From Neophaeotheca triangularis (Eukaryota), in NCBI GenBank assembly GCA_054600435.1, contig BAAIJX010000008.1, positions 558,001 to 622,000 of the forward strand: a stretch of 64,000 nucleotides of DNA, read 5' to 3'. The notes under the pieces are model-generated. The model was not told the DNA's origin, did not search any database, and saw nothing but the letters and a program-made list of their open reading frames with translations. Both the position numbers and the translations under genes were made by a program. Positions 1 through 12,572 of this stretch are shown here, piece after piece (position 1 is the first letter of the stretch; the number at the start of each line of letters is the position of its first letter).

Positions 1-571
1 GCTGAACCAGCGAGGCTAAGAGACTGGCGCATGATGGATCTGGCTCTTCTCGGGTGCCTCGGAGGAAGTCTGTCAGGATGGAGACGTTGAGATCAGGGTT
101 TCGCTCCAAAGAATCTTGAATGGTGGCAATCTAGCCAGAATTAGTTTCTGCCACTGAGACCGCTGGAACAGAACGACCTACCAATTCATGCTCAGCCTTG
201 CCGATGTATAGCGTCGACAAGTAGATTCTTCTCTTTGCTCCAGCTATCTTTGTCTGGAAAAGGGAAAAAGTTAGTTTGGGAATAGGCTGTAGAGGACGCA
301 CTCCGCATACCTTTAGCGTCTCGAAAAACTCGGTAGGAGTCTTTAAGATCTCTATGTTATCGGCAGAGACATCAAAGCGAGGCGAGAGCTCATCAAGCTC
401 ACTGCTGAGGCTTGCTAGAGGAGAAGTAGGGGATGCCATGGTCGTTGGCTGTGACGCTGCACTGGCCGTGCTCGCGCATCGCTTTGGTAGGGAGACATGT
501 TGTCTGTATGAGGGAGATTGAGAGAGTCGGCCTACAAGCCGGAGACAGCTTGCGGGGCGTCGCGTTATCAT
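1..571 (-). CDS. PGS1: CDP-diacylglycerol--glycerol-3-phosphate 3-phosphatidyltransferase, mitochondrial (5' part; runs off window)
   Basis: Arg/Ser-rich presequence MITRRPASCLRL, then PRFDVSADNIEILKTPTEFFETLK / KIAGAKRRIYLSTLYIG typical of PGS1; GT-AG introns at about 255-311 and 131-182. Confidence 0.88.
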
Positions 572-764
572 CGCATCGTGAAGCAGATGAGCCGAAAGAG
601 GAAGTGATGTTGCTGTTCCGGCTGCGGAGTTGGGGAGTGCCAAGACATCAGCTTGCGCTCGCTTTGACCTCGTCGCTGGTGGTATGGTGACTTCGACTTT
701 CACGGCATTGTTGATCTCGCCTTCTAACTACTGAACACAGCCTCACCTGCCACCTCAGCCCATC

Positions 765-1468
765 ATGTCGACGATTATGCGTACCCTCCGCAACTTGCGG
801 AGCATCGGCATCAAGGTGGGCACTTTGGGAGATGTTCCGCGCCGCCGGCCGCAACTAACATAGGACAGGAATACGCCCACCAAATGCAGTACCAGGGTAT
901 GCGCAGGCACACAAAGTAGTAAGAGAATGGACAGAGGCTGAGAGCAAAATAGGCGATACCAAGCGCGGCACCTTCATCGCCATGGACCGATACGGCAATA
1001 AATACTTTGAGAATCTCGAGGAAGAGCTGCCATGTGAGTTGGAACGGAAGAGTACAAATGAGATACGCAGGAATGGCAGAATCTGACATGGATTTGCAGT
1101 GAGGACGCGCTGGGTGGACTACAAGGACAAGGAGTACGATCCGTCGCAGATAGAACCCGGCTGGTAGGCTTTCACCAAGACCCACGACTGTCCGCTTACC
1201 GGGGAGAAGCTGACTGAGATGTAGGCACGCGTGGATGTCCTACATGGTCGACAAGCCCCCGTCCGAGGACCCGATCATGCAGCGCAAGATCCGTGCTTGG
1301 GAGCCAACGGAGCACAGGCCTGTACTCACTGGTTCGAGGTCGGACTACAAGCCTTACAGCACGTATGTCATGTACCATCAAGAATCCCCATGCAGCGGTG
1401 GATCACTGACGTAAAACAGGGTGAAGAACAAGTACACGCCATGGCAGCCTGTTGCTGCGCCGCGATAG
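765..1468 (+). CDS. NADH:ubiquinone oxidoreductase subunit NDUFA12/B17.2 (6 exons, absent from ORF track)
   Basis: Splicing 5 GT-AG introns by hand gives MSTIMRTLRNLRSIGIKEYAHQMQYQGDTKRGTFIAMDRYGNKYFENLEEELPLRTRWVDYKDKEYDPSQIEPGWHAWMSY...VKNKYTPWQPVAAPR*; motifs D-YGNKYFE, RTRWV and EPGWHAW. Confidence 0.92.
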
Positions 1469-1633
1469 ATGGAGCAGCTTTGCGTGTTGGGTTTGTGGCG
1501 TTGAAGGAGCAGGATGGGGTATCAGATGTTTAGTCGACTGTACAGATGAGCTTCTATCGACGTCTTACATCCAAGCAGTGAATTCCCAAGCATTTCAAAA
1601 CGCACTTCTGCGGTTCACAAGGTAAGATGGCAC

Positions 1634-2083
1634 CTAAAACTGCCTCCCTTCAATCGTCGTACATCCAGGTGCCATCTCCTCGAGCTTCGTCCGGAGCTCT
1701 GCGTTCCACTTCGCAGCCACGCGCTTCGCATTGTCCGACTCGACATTGGGTCCAATCTGCGTCACTTCCCCATCCATGAGAAACTCCCCGTGCGCCCCCT
1801 TGCCCACATTAGGCCCAATGGCCTGTGCCAGTAGACGACCGCCCGTTGCAGTTGTACGGCCAATAGTAGAATAAGCTAGCCCAAGGGCCAGCTGGCCAAC
1901 GTACGAATTCACATCCCTCATGATGGTGCTCCTGCAGAATCCGGGCGTCATAATGTTGATAATGACCTTTGACTTCTCATCGTCGACGGGGAAAGCCTCC
2001 GCCAGCCGCTTGCACGAGAACGTGAGGAGGATTTTGGTCATTGTGTAGCTGCATTCAGACAAATTAGCACCGCCCCAACGTGA

Positions 2084-2133
<50 letters not shown>

Positions 2134-2172
2134 TTTTATAAAAAAAAAAAAAATTTTTTTTTTTTTTTTTTT

Positions 2173-2218
<46 letters not shown>

Positions 2219-2239
2219 AAAAAAAAAAACCCCCCCAAA

Positions 2240-2286
<47 letters not shown>

Positions 2287-2973
2287 AACTCATGTTGTTT
2301 GAACTCACCGCTGCCACATCCACTCCCTTGACTCGGCCTCATCATTCAACTTCCCCCAAAAACTCCCCTCAGTCTCCAACTCTCTCAAATCAGCCACGAA
2401 CACAACATCACTACCCACGAAACTCAACCTCCCCGACAACCCAGTCTCGCGAGCACTCGCCTGCAATATCGGCAACAGCAAACAAGCCAGCAACATCGTA
2501 CCGGCCAAATTTGTAGCAACGGTAGCTTCCACGCCGTCGAAAGTGCGCCATTCCCGGCTAGCCATACCAGCATTCAGGCACGCGGCGTCGAGTCTGTCGA
2601 GTTTGCTCGCGCGCTGGGTAAAAGCCTTGATGGAATCGGGTGAAGCCATGTCGAGTTGCCATACTTCCACTGCGGTTTCGCCCGCGCCGTTGGCAACGAT
2701 GTCTTGTCGCGCGGTTTCGCCTTTGGTGGTGTCGCGGACGGCTAGGATGACTTTAGTGGCGCCTTGGTGGGCTATGTGGCGGGCGGCTTCGAGACCGAGA
2801 CCTAGGGTTTTCGTTTAGATGGGGAGTCGTTGTTGGGGATGCCGGGGACGTGCTGGCTTGCCTGTGTTTGAGCCCGTGACGATGACGGTCTGTTTGGAGA
2901 AGCTGTTGGGGAACTCTGGGATTGTTTTGAATTGGCTGCGGAAGAACTTGGCGAGGTAGGAGGGGATGGCCAT
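1634..2973 (-). CDS. Short-chain dehydrogenase/reductase (retinol dehydrogenase-like)
   Basis: TGSNTGLG Rossmann motif across GC-AG intron 2802-2861; LDMAS, NAG and catalytic YTMTK after intron 2049-2308; PGFCRS. Confidence 0.88.
2085..2284. repeat. About 200-bp tract of alternating poly(A)/poly(T) inside the SDR intron
   Basis: Directly visible A and T homopolymer runs plus a short C run. Confidence 0.95.
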
Positions 2974-3933
2974 TTTTGGTGCTGAGTTGATTTGAAGATT
3001 TGAAGAGGACACTAGGTTCTGCTTGCAATGTGTAAGTAGTCTTGAAGGTGTGGTGGTGGTTATTCGAAGCAAATTGAGCACGATTAGGGGTTAGATGTTA
3101 GTGTGTTTATCTACAGTATACATGTATATGTTCTGGGCCTCGGCGTGGCCGATGAGGAGATGTCGGCGTAGGATCGGGGCTAAAGTCTAACATGCAGAAG
3201 GCTAATCAGAGATAGTATAGTAATATATGTTCATTGTGCCGATCCGCCTAACTCATATAACTCTGCGGTCCAATATGGACATGTATCACGATAAGAAGCG
3301 TCGAGGTGAATATATATGGCTCGACCTTGAAGCTTCCTGTGAGTCTTCGTGTCACTGCGCTGGTGGGAAGCTTCTTCCAAGATCAAGCTCCACCACCTGC
3401 ATCCTCCTACCAGACTCCAGTATTGCAACTTCTGTCCTAGCTGCTCATCGCATGCTACTGATTCAGCAGGATCGCAAAAGAGATGCGGAGGAAGTGTGCC
3501 TTCGTGAGCGACGAACACCTCGTTAGTGACCCGCTCACCGCCAGCGACGTCCACAGATGCGTTACGTCCGTCCGAACAACGAACATTCCCTTGTACAAAT
3601 CACCCAGTTAGAATGGAATCATCTGAGTCCTGACCTCTACCCGAAAGGTTAGGTGACGACTTTAATCTACGGAAGGCAGTCTGCGTTGGCAGCCTTCGTG
3701 TATTAGGTCGGCCATTCAATGGATATCTATTTAGTTCCGTGATTGATCCCCTCTTACCTTACCTTCTCCCCCTTCTTACACGCCACTTTAACCCTGTCTA
3801 AGCATCACCGGAAGTACCTTGAAGCATAAGTCTCTGCAATCTACTCATCATCACACTGGCCAGGGGTCATGCGGAGTCATACGGTCTCTCAGCCAGTCCA
3901 CAACAGACACTCAGAGAGTCCACTCGAAGAAAG

Positions 3934-4798
3934 ATGTCGGGACCACGCCGTCTCGTTGTCACCGGTGCCACGGGAAAACAAGGAGGAGCCCTGATCTCGC
4001 ACTTCTCTCCCAACCTTCGCAGCCCTTCGAGATCTACGCTATAACCCGCAATAAGACCTCAAAGTCCGCCCAGACACTCTCCAGCAATGCAAACGTCCAC
4101 ATCATCGAAGGAAACTTCGACCGAGCGAAGGACATCTCCCACCAAGTTCCGAACCCCTGGGGTCTCTCCTCCATGACAACCCCTATGAACGCCAAAACCG
4201 AAGAGCGGCAGAGCGAAGCCATGACAGCGGCAGACATGAAAGCAGGAGTCCAATACATCGTCTTCACGATCAGGGGATCGTGGCGGTGACGACAAAAGCA
4301 TGCCAATCCAACCGGCGTGCCGCACTTCGCCAGAAAGTTAAACATTGAGCAAGACATTAAGTCGAGTACGATGCCACATGGAGGTTCCTCCGACCGGTCG
4401 CTTTCATGGAGAACATGAGCGACGACTTTGTTGGGAAAGGTTTCGTGAACATGTGGCGGCTAAGTGGACTCGATAGACCGCTGCAGCTCATCAGTTCCAA
4501 GAATATCGGCAAGGTTGCGGCCGACGCTTTCTTGCGTACCAACAGGCCGGAGCACCGCAATCAGGGTGTATCACTTGTCGGAGACTCGCTCTCATCCTAC
4601 GAGGCGGCGAAAGTGTTCCCAGAGGAGCTTGGCATGGAGTTACGGCGGTCTTACGACTTTGTCGGGCGGGTTCTTAGATGGGTTCTGCACGAGCCATTGG
4701 GTATCATGTTTGACTGGTTTACTACGGAGGGTTTTGGCGCCGATCTTGAGGCGATTGAGGCGAATAGGGAGATGTTTCCTTTTATGATGGATAAGTAG
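3934..4798 (+). pseudogene. NmrA-like NAD(P)-binding protein, frameshifted
   Basis: MSGPRRLVVTGATGKQGGALI, then frame changes are needed near 3998, 4270, 4300 and 4372 to join AITRN, DRGG, PTGVPHFA-K and FLRPVAFMEN segments; no splice signals explain the shifts. Confidence 0.8.
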
Positions 4799-5179
4799 GA
4801 GAGTTGAGGAAGCAGTGAGGGGGAGGAAGTATGCACCAAGAAATGCGCATCTGAGCGTCGATGGCTAGGTCAGTAGTTAGTTGTCTGTAACAAGTACCTT
4901 GGCCTCATTCCCATCGATTCGATGTCGTTTAATAGTTGAAGGATTGGACATGTCTCGTGCGCGACTGTGACTCGAATGTGAATGCCACTGCGAGACATTG
5001 CACATCACCCGGGCAACGACGATATAAACAGACGTTTTCCGACTTCAGACATTGAAAGAAACCTTCAAACCACCACATTGCCTTACGCCGCACCCTGCAT
5101 ACGCCCTTCCACATCACAAACCCCGTCAAATCCGACAAACCAAGAGAATCGCTCCAAACCTCCAACCAAAGACCGCAAA

Positions 5180-5701
5180 ATGTCCACCAGCAACAACACC
5201 GCCACCATGACGAACCCCTCCACCACCTCCGAGACCTCTCAATCCAGCACCAACACGGACACTACAACCAACCTTTCCCCCCTCCTCTCCGAAACCGAAA
5301 CCAAGCAAAACCCACAAACCATGGCCCACCACCGCCAAGTGCTGGAGCAGAAAATCGCCGAGAACAACAACCAGAACGAGCACGAGTACATTAGCCCCTC
5401 GGACGCAATCATGAGCCCCGCGAGCCAGAAATTGGCGGGGTTCAAGCAGAGGCAGATTTCCAAAGGGTGAGTTCGCCTAGCTATCGATTCCATACCTTTA
5501 TCTTGTGATGATTGAAAAGGAGGGGCTTTGGAAGGAAGGGTTGAGGGCGTTGGTTCATGCGTGCTGACTTTTGTGTATCTGTGTAGGGGCAATTCGTCTA
5601 CCGCTAGGAGCTTGTTTGCGAAGCAGATGAGTGGGAAGGAGAATCTGGGACAAGAGCGCGGAGGGGAGAAGAAGAGTTTGGAGGAGGGACTTGGGGGTTA
5701 G
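5180..5701 (+). CDS. Spo12-family protein
   Basis: YISPSDAIMSPASQKL motif; intron about 5468-5586 (GTGAGT...GCTGAC...TAG) joins to ARSLFAK tail. Confidence 0.8.
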
Positions 5702-6207
5702 GTAGTCTGGCTGGAGCTGCGTGGGAAGAGGCTGCGAGTCACACGACAATGGGAACGGGATGAGGGCCAATGCGGATCTGATCTTGGGGAAGGCGTTTTT
5801 GGAGTTCACTTGGGCACACTGGTGGGAGGCAAATGATACCAAGGCATCGACCTCTGAAGACCTGGGAGGACTTTTTCTTTTTATTTCCCTTTTCTTTCTG
5901 GTCTCGAGCTTTGGATTGGAGTGGCACGGGGGGTAAATGGAGAACTTTCTTTCATAGTTTTTGCGGCTAACAATGCTACCGCAAGAAGAATGCTATACAC
6001 AGCACAATTCGACGCTTCGCCCAAAAGCAAGTCCACCCTTCCCGATGTCCATTCAGAGAACGCCTTACAACTCCATCATTGCGCCAAGTAACGCTATACG
6101 CCGCAGGTCGTGCGTAATGTACATGAGCGGTGCGTATTCGGCAGGACTGAGCCCCCTCTGAAAGCCTTTACACTCAACAAGCATCACGGACAGGAAGACA
6201 TGACCGC

Positions 6208-7831
6208 TTAGTCGCTGTCGTCGTCGTCCTTGGCACCACCCTTGGAAGCCTTGCGCTCCTTCTTCTCCTTCTTCTTCTTCTTCCTCTCAGCCTTCTCCTC
6301 GGCCGTCTCGCCTTCGTGCTTACGCTTCTTCTTGCTGCTGTCATCGGCAGGTGCCGCGACCGGCGCAGGTGGGACAGGCTCGGCCATGTCGATGTCCTTG
6401 GATGTTGGCATCTCGTTGCCCTTGCCTGGGATACCCTCCTTGACGGGCGCAGACTCAATGGCCGCACCAGGAACGGTCTGGTTCTTGAGGTTGCTCTCAC
6501 TCGTTTGCGTAGGGTCGTTGAAGTCTTGGTACTCCTTCTTCCACTGAGCCGGAGTCACCTCATTCGCCCGACCGTACTTGTCGAGCTTGCCAGTCTCTTT
6601 CATCTTCTTCTTCTCGGTCGCGACCGGACCCATACCCCATCTCCTTGGGTAGAGGTCACGCTCCATGATACACCTCTTCACCTTGGCGACGACGCCGTGG
6701 TCACAGCTGGAAAGCTCGACCGTCGACATCTGGGCAATGGCCAACGCGATAGCTTCTCCCTTTGTGGTAATCAAAACAACCTCCTCGTGGACCTCGATAC
6801 CAGACTCGTAACGCAGCAGACCGGGAATCATAAGCTTGGCACCGTAGCAGACGGCGTTAACCGCGCTGTCCTTAACCACAATGCGCTTGTAGGTGGTGAG
6901 GAGCGTCTCGAGGGGCTTGACAACGTGACGCAGGTAGCTCTCGTCACGTTGGTTGTCCTGCAGCCACTGCGCATCCAGCACATCATGCAGGGTGACCATG
7001 CCATCGCCCTCTTGCATCGCACCCGAACGGACACGCCTCAGCTCTTGCATGTGCGCGCCTACTCCCAGCAAAAGACCAAGATGGACACAGAGTGTACGGA
7101 TGTACGTTCCAGCTTCGCACGAAACCCAGAAGACAGCCAACTGACGATCATTGTCAAACTCGTAGAGCTTGCTCTCGTGAATAGTACGGATACGCAATTG
7201 ACGCTTGACGGCGGAGATGAGCGGCGGCCTCTGGAACAGAGCACCCGTGAGAGTCTCCAAAGCCCTGGCAAGCTGCGCCTCGCCTCCTGGCAGCTTATCA
7301 TGCAGACGCAGAACAGCAACGTACTCTTTACCGGCACCCTGCTGACTCTTCACCAAACGCGTCGCGCGGTCGATACAGACGATGAGACATCCTGTCACCT
7401 TTGGATCGAGCGTACCAGAGTGGCCGGTCCTGTCGACACGAAGGATACGCTTCAGCCAGGCGACGACTTCGTGGGAAGATGGGTTCGAGGGCTTGTCAAG
7501 GTTGATGACACCGGACGAGATGTACTGTTTGAGTTCACGGCGGAGGGGCGTGCAACCGGCGGGGATGGGTGTGAAATGACCGGTGCGAACGAGAACTAAG
7601 AAGGGGTGGTCAGTAAGGACAGTCGCGAGCAAAATGTGGGCTGCGCTTTGGCATGTCTGTCAAGGGCATAACGTGACTGAAATCCCCAGCACCCTTAGTA
7701 AATGTGGTAAACGTACGCTGATCCCAATTCTTCAGTAGAAGAGGCCATCCGCTTGTGTCGATGGAGGGCGCAGTGGCTTCTGGCTTGATAATCTGCTCCT
7801 CGCCGTTGTCCGACTGCTTAACGAGCGCCAT
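6208..7831 (-). CDS. CBF5: H/ACA snoRNP pseudouridine synthase (dyskerin)
   Basis: [32 protein letters not shown] domain, Lys-rich tail; intron 7596-7716. Confidence 0.97.
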
Positions 7832-8213
7832 CTCGGCTGGTGGTGCTCTGATTTCCGCGGGGCTATGGGGACCGCGCAATTAGCATGCACCAGTATATGC
7901 GACTGGTATTGCTAGAAAACGATTTGTGCGGGCGGCGGTAGGTTGTGTGCGGTGCGGTGCTGTGCGGTTCAATCTTCGTTCACAGAAGCTTTGAAGCTGT
8001 ATCAATTTTCGCCAGAGCTCGGCTGAGCTTCCGCAGAGGAGTAAGTTTGAAGGAATCTTGGCGGAGCTTTGGTGCCTGAGGCATGAGTAAATGAAAGTCA
8101 ATAATTCATGGCGTGGCACATGGACGTAAGGTTTGCGAACAGGGTCTTCAGATAGTCATTCTGTACACTGCCTCATGATTACGTACGATCCAACAATCTA
8201 CACGTCCCTACGG

Positions 8214-10436
8214 TCATCGTCTGCCCTCACCTCCTCTACCCTCTTCATCATCTCCTTTGCTCTTTGTCTTACTCGTGAAGAAATCACCCAAAGTAGCACT
8301 GAAGCTCCTGGAACGACCTTCCACACTCCCAACTGCAACAGGAGTCTGATTCTCGTCAGCGAAATCAACCTCTCCGCTAGTGATTGAGTGCCGTTTCGGC
8401 ATCGGAGCCGTCACTCTTCTCGAACCCACAGAGGTTGCGGTGTTGTTGCGTTCCAAGGGCGCCCGGCGGTAACTACTCCTTTGCCGCATGTTAGGCGGCG
8501 GATTCCCGCGACGTAGAGAGTCTGCGACTATGGCGCTGAGACTGCTGCTCAGTGGGCTCATCAGCGGTCCGGGAAGGATGCCGGCTATGCTCTGGCGGCT
8601 GATGATGCGGTTACTGCCGCCTGTGCTAGGCGCCGCAGCGCTCGACGGATCAAGGTGTGCTTGCGATGCTCGGCGCCGTTGGCTCTGCGGAGTTGTGGGT
8701 AGTGTGTCGCGGCTCGATGAGGGAGTAGTGGTGTTGCGGTTCAGAGGGGTACGTGGTGGACCGGCTGCAGGCTTGGGAGAAGGATGTAGGGTGGGTATTA
8801 CCGGCATCGATGTTGTCGCATGCATAGGTGGTGCTTGGCCCGCGCGAGGTTTGCCATCATCCTGTGGGAGGTCTGACGTGGACTTTGTGTGAATAGAGGA
8901 CAGGTTCGCTGCGCTGACGTTCTCTGTTGGAGCCTGGTTTGATACGGCCTCGTTCTCATTCAAACTGAACAAGGGCGTCGGTGTTGAGGCGGCTGTAGGC
9001 TTTTGCTTTGGTGTGACAGGTGGCGAGCCCGTTGACGATTTCCGCGAGTCTGAACGGCGGGCTATGGGCTTCCTCTCGCCTTGAGAGGAAGCGAATGAAG
9101 CTTCCTGGTGAGGCGATGCATCACGTTCCCGGATCTCCGGCTGCACCCCTTCTTCGTCCACCAAGTCTACGGCATCCTCTTCCTCTTCCTCGCCTTCGTT
9201 TTCTTCGTTTTCTTCCCCGCTATCTCGTCCCGAAGTGATGCACCAAACCCCAAAGAACGTTAGAGCGCACCCACCAACAAATTTTGCTGCATCTCCTGCA
9301 TCCTGGCGCTCAAAATCTCGGTATAGAATTGCAGATCCAACAATGACTGAGATGGTGAACATTACAAATTGCGTGGGTATGACCATAGTAGCGTTGAACC
9401 TCTGTAGAGCCCGGTTCACGTACTTGATCTGCATGACGGCAGTAAAAACCAAAACGACAACCAATAGGTAAGTGATCGGGAACGTCACCACTCTCCAGAT
9501 GGTGTTGGATAGGAGGGAAGCTACGCCTTTGGTCGATAGCGCCGTGTAACCTCCGTACAATCCAACCAGGCCAATATCGATCATGATGGTCTTGTGCCCG
9601 TACTTGTTGCTCAAGAAGCTCAACACAACGATCAAGAAGATGGTGATTCCCAGGTACGTTTCAAACTCCCATCGCGTGATGAGGTGCCAGATCTTGTTGG
9701 GTCCGAGTCGCGGGTTGCTGTCGCTAGCACTCAGCACGACGGTGACGCAGCCCCCAATGGCTACCAACACACCCAATCCGTCTCGCCAGCGGAAAGTCTC
9801 GTGCAGCATCAAGGGAGCAATCAAGCAATTGGAAACCAGTGCCACCACACCCAGAGGCGAAACAATGGAGGCAGGCGCGAAACCGTATGCCAGGAAATTC
9901 CCCGCCTCTCCCACAGTCATCATACCTATTCCCAACCACCAGTATGGCGACTTGAGGTAAGACTTCTCTTTCTGGCCTCCTTGTTCCTCCTCTCCCTCAC
10001 CATCCTCGCCCTCCTCGTCATCCTGCAGAGACCTCTCTCGCGGAATCAAGGGCTGGCTCTCGCCCTCGTCCTGCAGAGAATAGTCCCCCTTCCCGCTCGC
10101 CCCGCTACCTCCAGCGTTCTTCCCAGCCCTTCTCTCCGCCACAGCCTCTTGCACGGTCCCATACGAGCCATTCCCACCACCAGAGCCCCTCAAGTCCCGC
10201 CCTGACCCATTTGACTTCTCCTCTTCCCCCGCTTTCTCGCTACTCAACCGCATGTGCGCATACCGCTGCGTGTTGAGCGCAAAGGAGATGAGTACGTTGC
10301 CGCATATCGCCGTGACTATGCCTATCAAACTAGAGCGAGTTTGGGCTTGGGAATCGTCGCCGGCGGTGAAAACGAGGTCTGAGGAATTTGGAACTGAGTG
10401 CGAGTACGGCGGCCCGCTCGAGGTTGGAATATACAT
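8214..10436 (-). CDS. NIPA/DUF803 family magnesium transporter
   Basis: YLKSPYWWLG...GEAGNFLAYGFAPASIVSPLG, multiple TM helices, disordered C-tail. Confidence 0.9.
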   Translation of the reverse strand: MYIPTSSGPPYSHSVPNSSDLVFTAGDDSQAQTRSSLIGIVTAICGNVLISFALNTQRYAHMRLSSEKAGEEEKSNGSGRDLRGSGGGNGSYGTVQEAVAERRAGKNAGGSGASGKGDYSLQDEGESQPLIPRERSLQDDEEGEDGEGEEEQGGQKEKSYLKSPYWWLGIGMMTVGEAGNFLAYGFAPASIVSPLGVVALVSNCLIAPLMLHETFRWRDGLGVLVAIGGCVTVVLSASDSNPRLGPNKIWHLITRWEFETYLGITIFLIVVLSFLSNKYGHKTIMIDIGLVGLYGGYTALSTKGVASLLSNTIWRVVTFPITYLLVVVLVFTAVMQIKYVNRALQRFNATMVIPTQFVMFTISVIVGSAILYRDFERQDAGDAAKFVGGCALTFFGVWCITSGRDSGEENEENEGEEEEEDAVDLVDEEGVQPEIRERDASPHQEASFASSQGERKPIARRSDSRKSSTGSPPVTPKQKPTAASTPTPLFSLNENEAVSNQAPTENVSAANLSSIHTKSTSDLPQDDGKPRAGQAPPMHATTSMPVIPTLHPSPKPAAGPPRTPLNRNTTTPSSSRDTLPTTPQSQRRRASQAHLDPSSAAAPSTGGSNRIISRQSIAGILPGPLMSPLSSSLSAIVADSLRRGNPPPNMRQRSSYRRAPLERNNTATSVGSRRVTAPMPKRHSITSGEVDFADENQTPVAVGSVEGRSRSFSATLGDFFTSKTKSKGDDEEGRGGEGRR

Positions 10437-10874
10437 TATGTTTCTGTACGGTGGTATGTTTCTGGTCGAAGGATGCTATCGCGTTGGCATGGTTGGTAGT
10501 ATCCGCAACGAGCAATTAGGGCCTGGTCTAGCAAGTTATCGGTTCTGTGACAACGTAGTAGATGTACAAAGTAGCCAAGTCATCTACTGTACATAGAATA
10601 ATAAGGTATCGTGGTCTTCGATGATGTTGTTGTTGTTGCTTCTTCTTCACGATGCCCGCCGGACGCGGCCCAGAATCTGCCATGACGATCACTCGCAGAT
10701 GGCACCCGCGCCCTCGGTTCCACTGGCCGAAGCTTCCACTTTATTATCCGACACCACTGTATCTTATCGCGGCCACATGAATAGCACCCGGTATTCAACT
10801 CTCTATATCTACCTTTATCTAGGCAATCTTGCGGTTTATATACGTGAATTCGTGTCGTCTAATTTTCGCGGACG

Positions 10875-12572
10875 TCAGGTTTCTTTCGCCTCTTCCTCCC
10901 CTTCCTCCAAGCCAGGCAATCTGGACGCCCGTTCCTTTTCAATTGCCTGGTTGGGTCCTGGTATCAACCCCCACGCCCCCTTGCCAATGGCCTCGCCCTG
11001 GTGCTTCACCAGGATGCCAACAGCAATGGGACCGACAATTGTATTGAGCAGGATGGCCCAGATCGCCGTTAAAAAGCCAGCCGAAGAAACGTAGGGTGTG
11101 TTATTGTACCCAATCTCGACAATCAAGAGCCCAATTTCACCTCGTGCAACCATCGCCATTCCAAGCAGCAACCCAGGCGCTATGGCGCGTTTGGCAGCCT
11201 TTTCGTGCATCTCAGAACGCTGTGATCCCCTGCTTTCAGCCCTTTGCAGCTCTGGATCCTCATCGGCAGCTTGCACGCCATCCAATTGTTCTTTACCGAA
11301 GCGGTTGACCAGCGGCTTGTCCTTGAGAGCCCATAGCGGAATCCACATACCAACGATGAACTTTGCGAACAGCATCAAGACGCTGTAGACTACACCGTGC
11401 CAGATGGCAGTGCCTGTCCACAGGTCCAGGAAGGGAATCGCGAAACCTATGCTAGCGAAGAATAGAGGCTCGAGCACGTACTTCTGAGCATCCAGGCAGT
11501 AACACTCGAAAGTGTGTACGAAAGTAGGGCTCTTCTTCTTTTCGTTCTCGCCTTCTTCTCTGCTCAACACGACGAACGGTCCCTCGGGGTGTTTCGATGG
11601 CAGGTACGTTAGGAACGACCCAGCCAGGAACGACCCAAAGAGTATAGACGTTCCAGCGTATGCCGCTATGGAAATGAAGGCGCACAAGACCAGAATCATC
11701 AGGACAATGTTCGACAAATGATCGAACTTTGCAAACCGGCGCTCGATGAACTTCCTGAAGAAAGGAGCGAAGACGTACTTGGTCAGAAGCGGAGTGAGGA
11801 TTGCCATGAGCGCCGAAGCCAGTATAGGTCTTCCGATGAGCCAGCCGAGATTGGCACCGCCTCCGTCGGCAAGGGAGCCAAGTTCGTGAATAACACTAGA
11901 CATAACCAAGCCAGTCACATCGTCTATGACTGCAGCGGATACAAGGACAGCGCCTACGCGGGTTTGACTCAAGTCTACGGTCTTGGAAGCACCAGCTATA
12001 ACGGCGAATGTCGTTCCCAGGCTTGTTGCCGAAAGCGAGGCTCCAATGATCTTTACAAGGTTAGCGAACGTATCTGACAAGCATCGTAGAAGATACTCAC
12101 AAAGGTCTCAACAGCGCCATAACCGTAGCCAAGATACAGTAAGAGGTAGCTGAGTCCGATCGGCGCAATGACGCCCGTACCAGCACCCATCATACTAAGA
12201 GAAAAGTTCGCACGCAAGAGATCCATGCGTGCAGTCAGACCGCCCTCGAAGATAATCAGGATCAAGCCGATGTAACCCAAGTAGAGAAAGGTCTCCTGCC
12301 AGTTCGTTTGGAGTATGTCGGCTAAAGGCCTGCCGTAGATGATGCCGACAGCTATGTTTCCGATGATGCCGGCTTTGATCGTCTTCGAGCTGATTTTCTC
12401 GAATAGCCATAGAAATGTGAAGAACGATACTATGATCAATATGTCGACGACTGTTGGGGGTTGCTGTCAGCGATGCATACTCAGTCTGTGGTGTTTCGAA
12501 AATGCACTCACTTCCCGGCTCCTCATACTCCAAGAACCTTTGGTCCGAAGTACTTTCGGACTCGCTGGCCAT
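10875..12572 (-). CDS. Na+(K+)/H+ antiporter, CPA2-like
   Basis: GYIGLILIIFEGG, AAVIDDVTGL and GMAMVARGEIG motifs; two introns near 12452-12514 and 12050-12100. Confidence 0.88.

Noticed and set aside
2038..2238. Poly-Lys/poly-Phe ORF
   Set aside because: Translation of the intronic homopolymer tract
6316..7599. 427-aa plus-strand ORF
   Set aside because: Antisense shadow of CBF5 caused by codon bias
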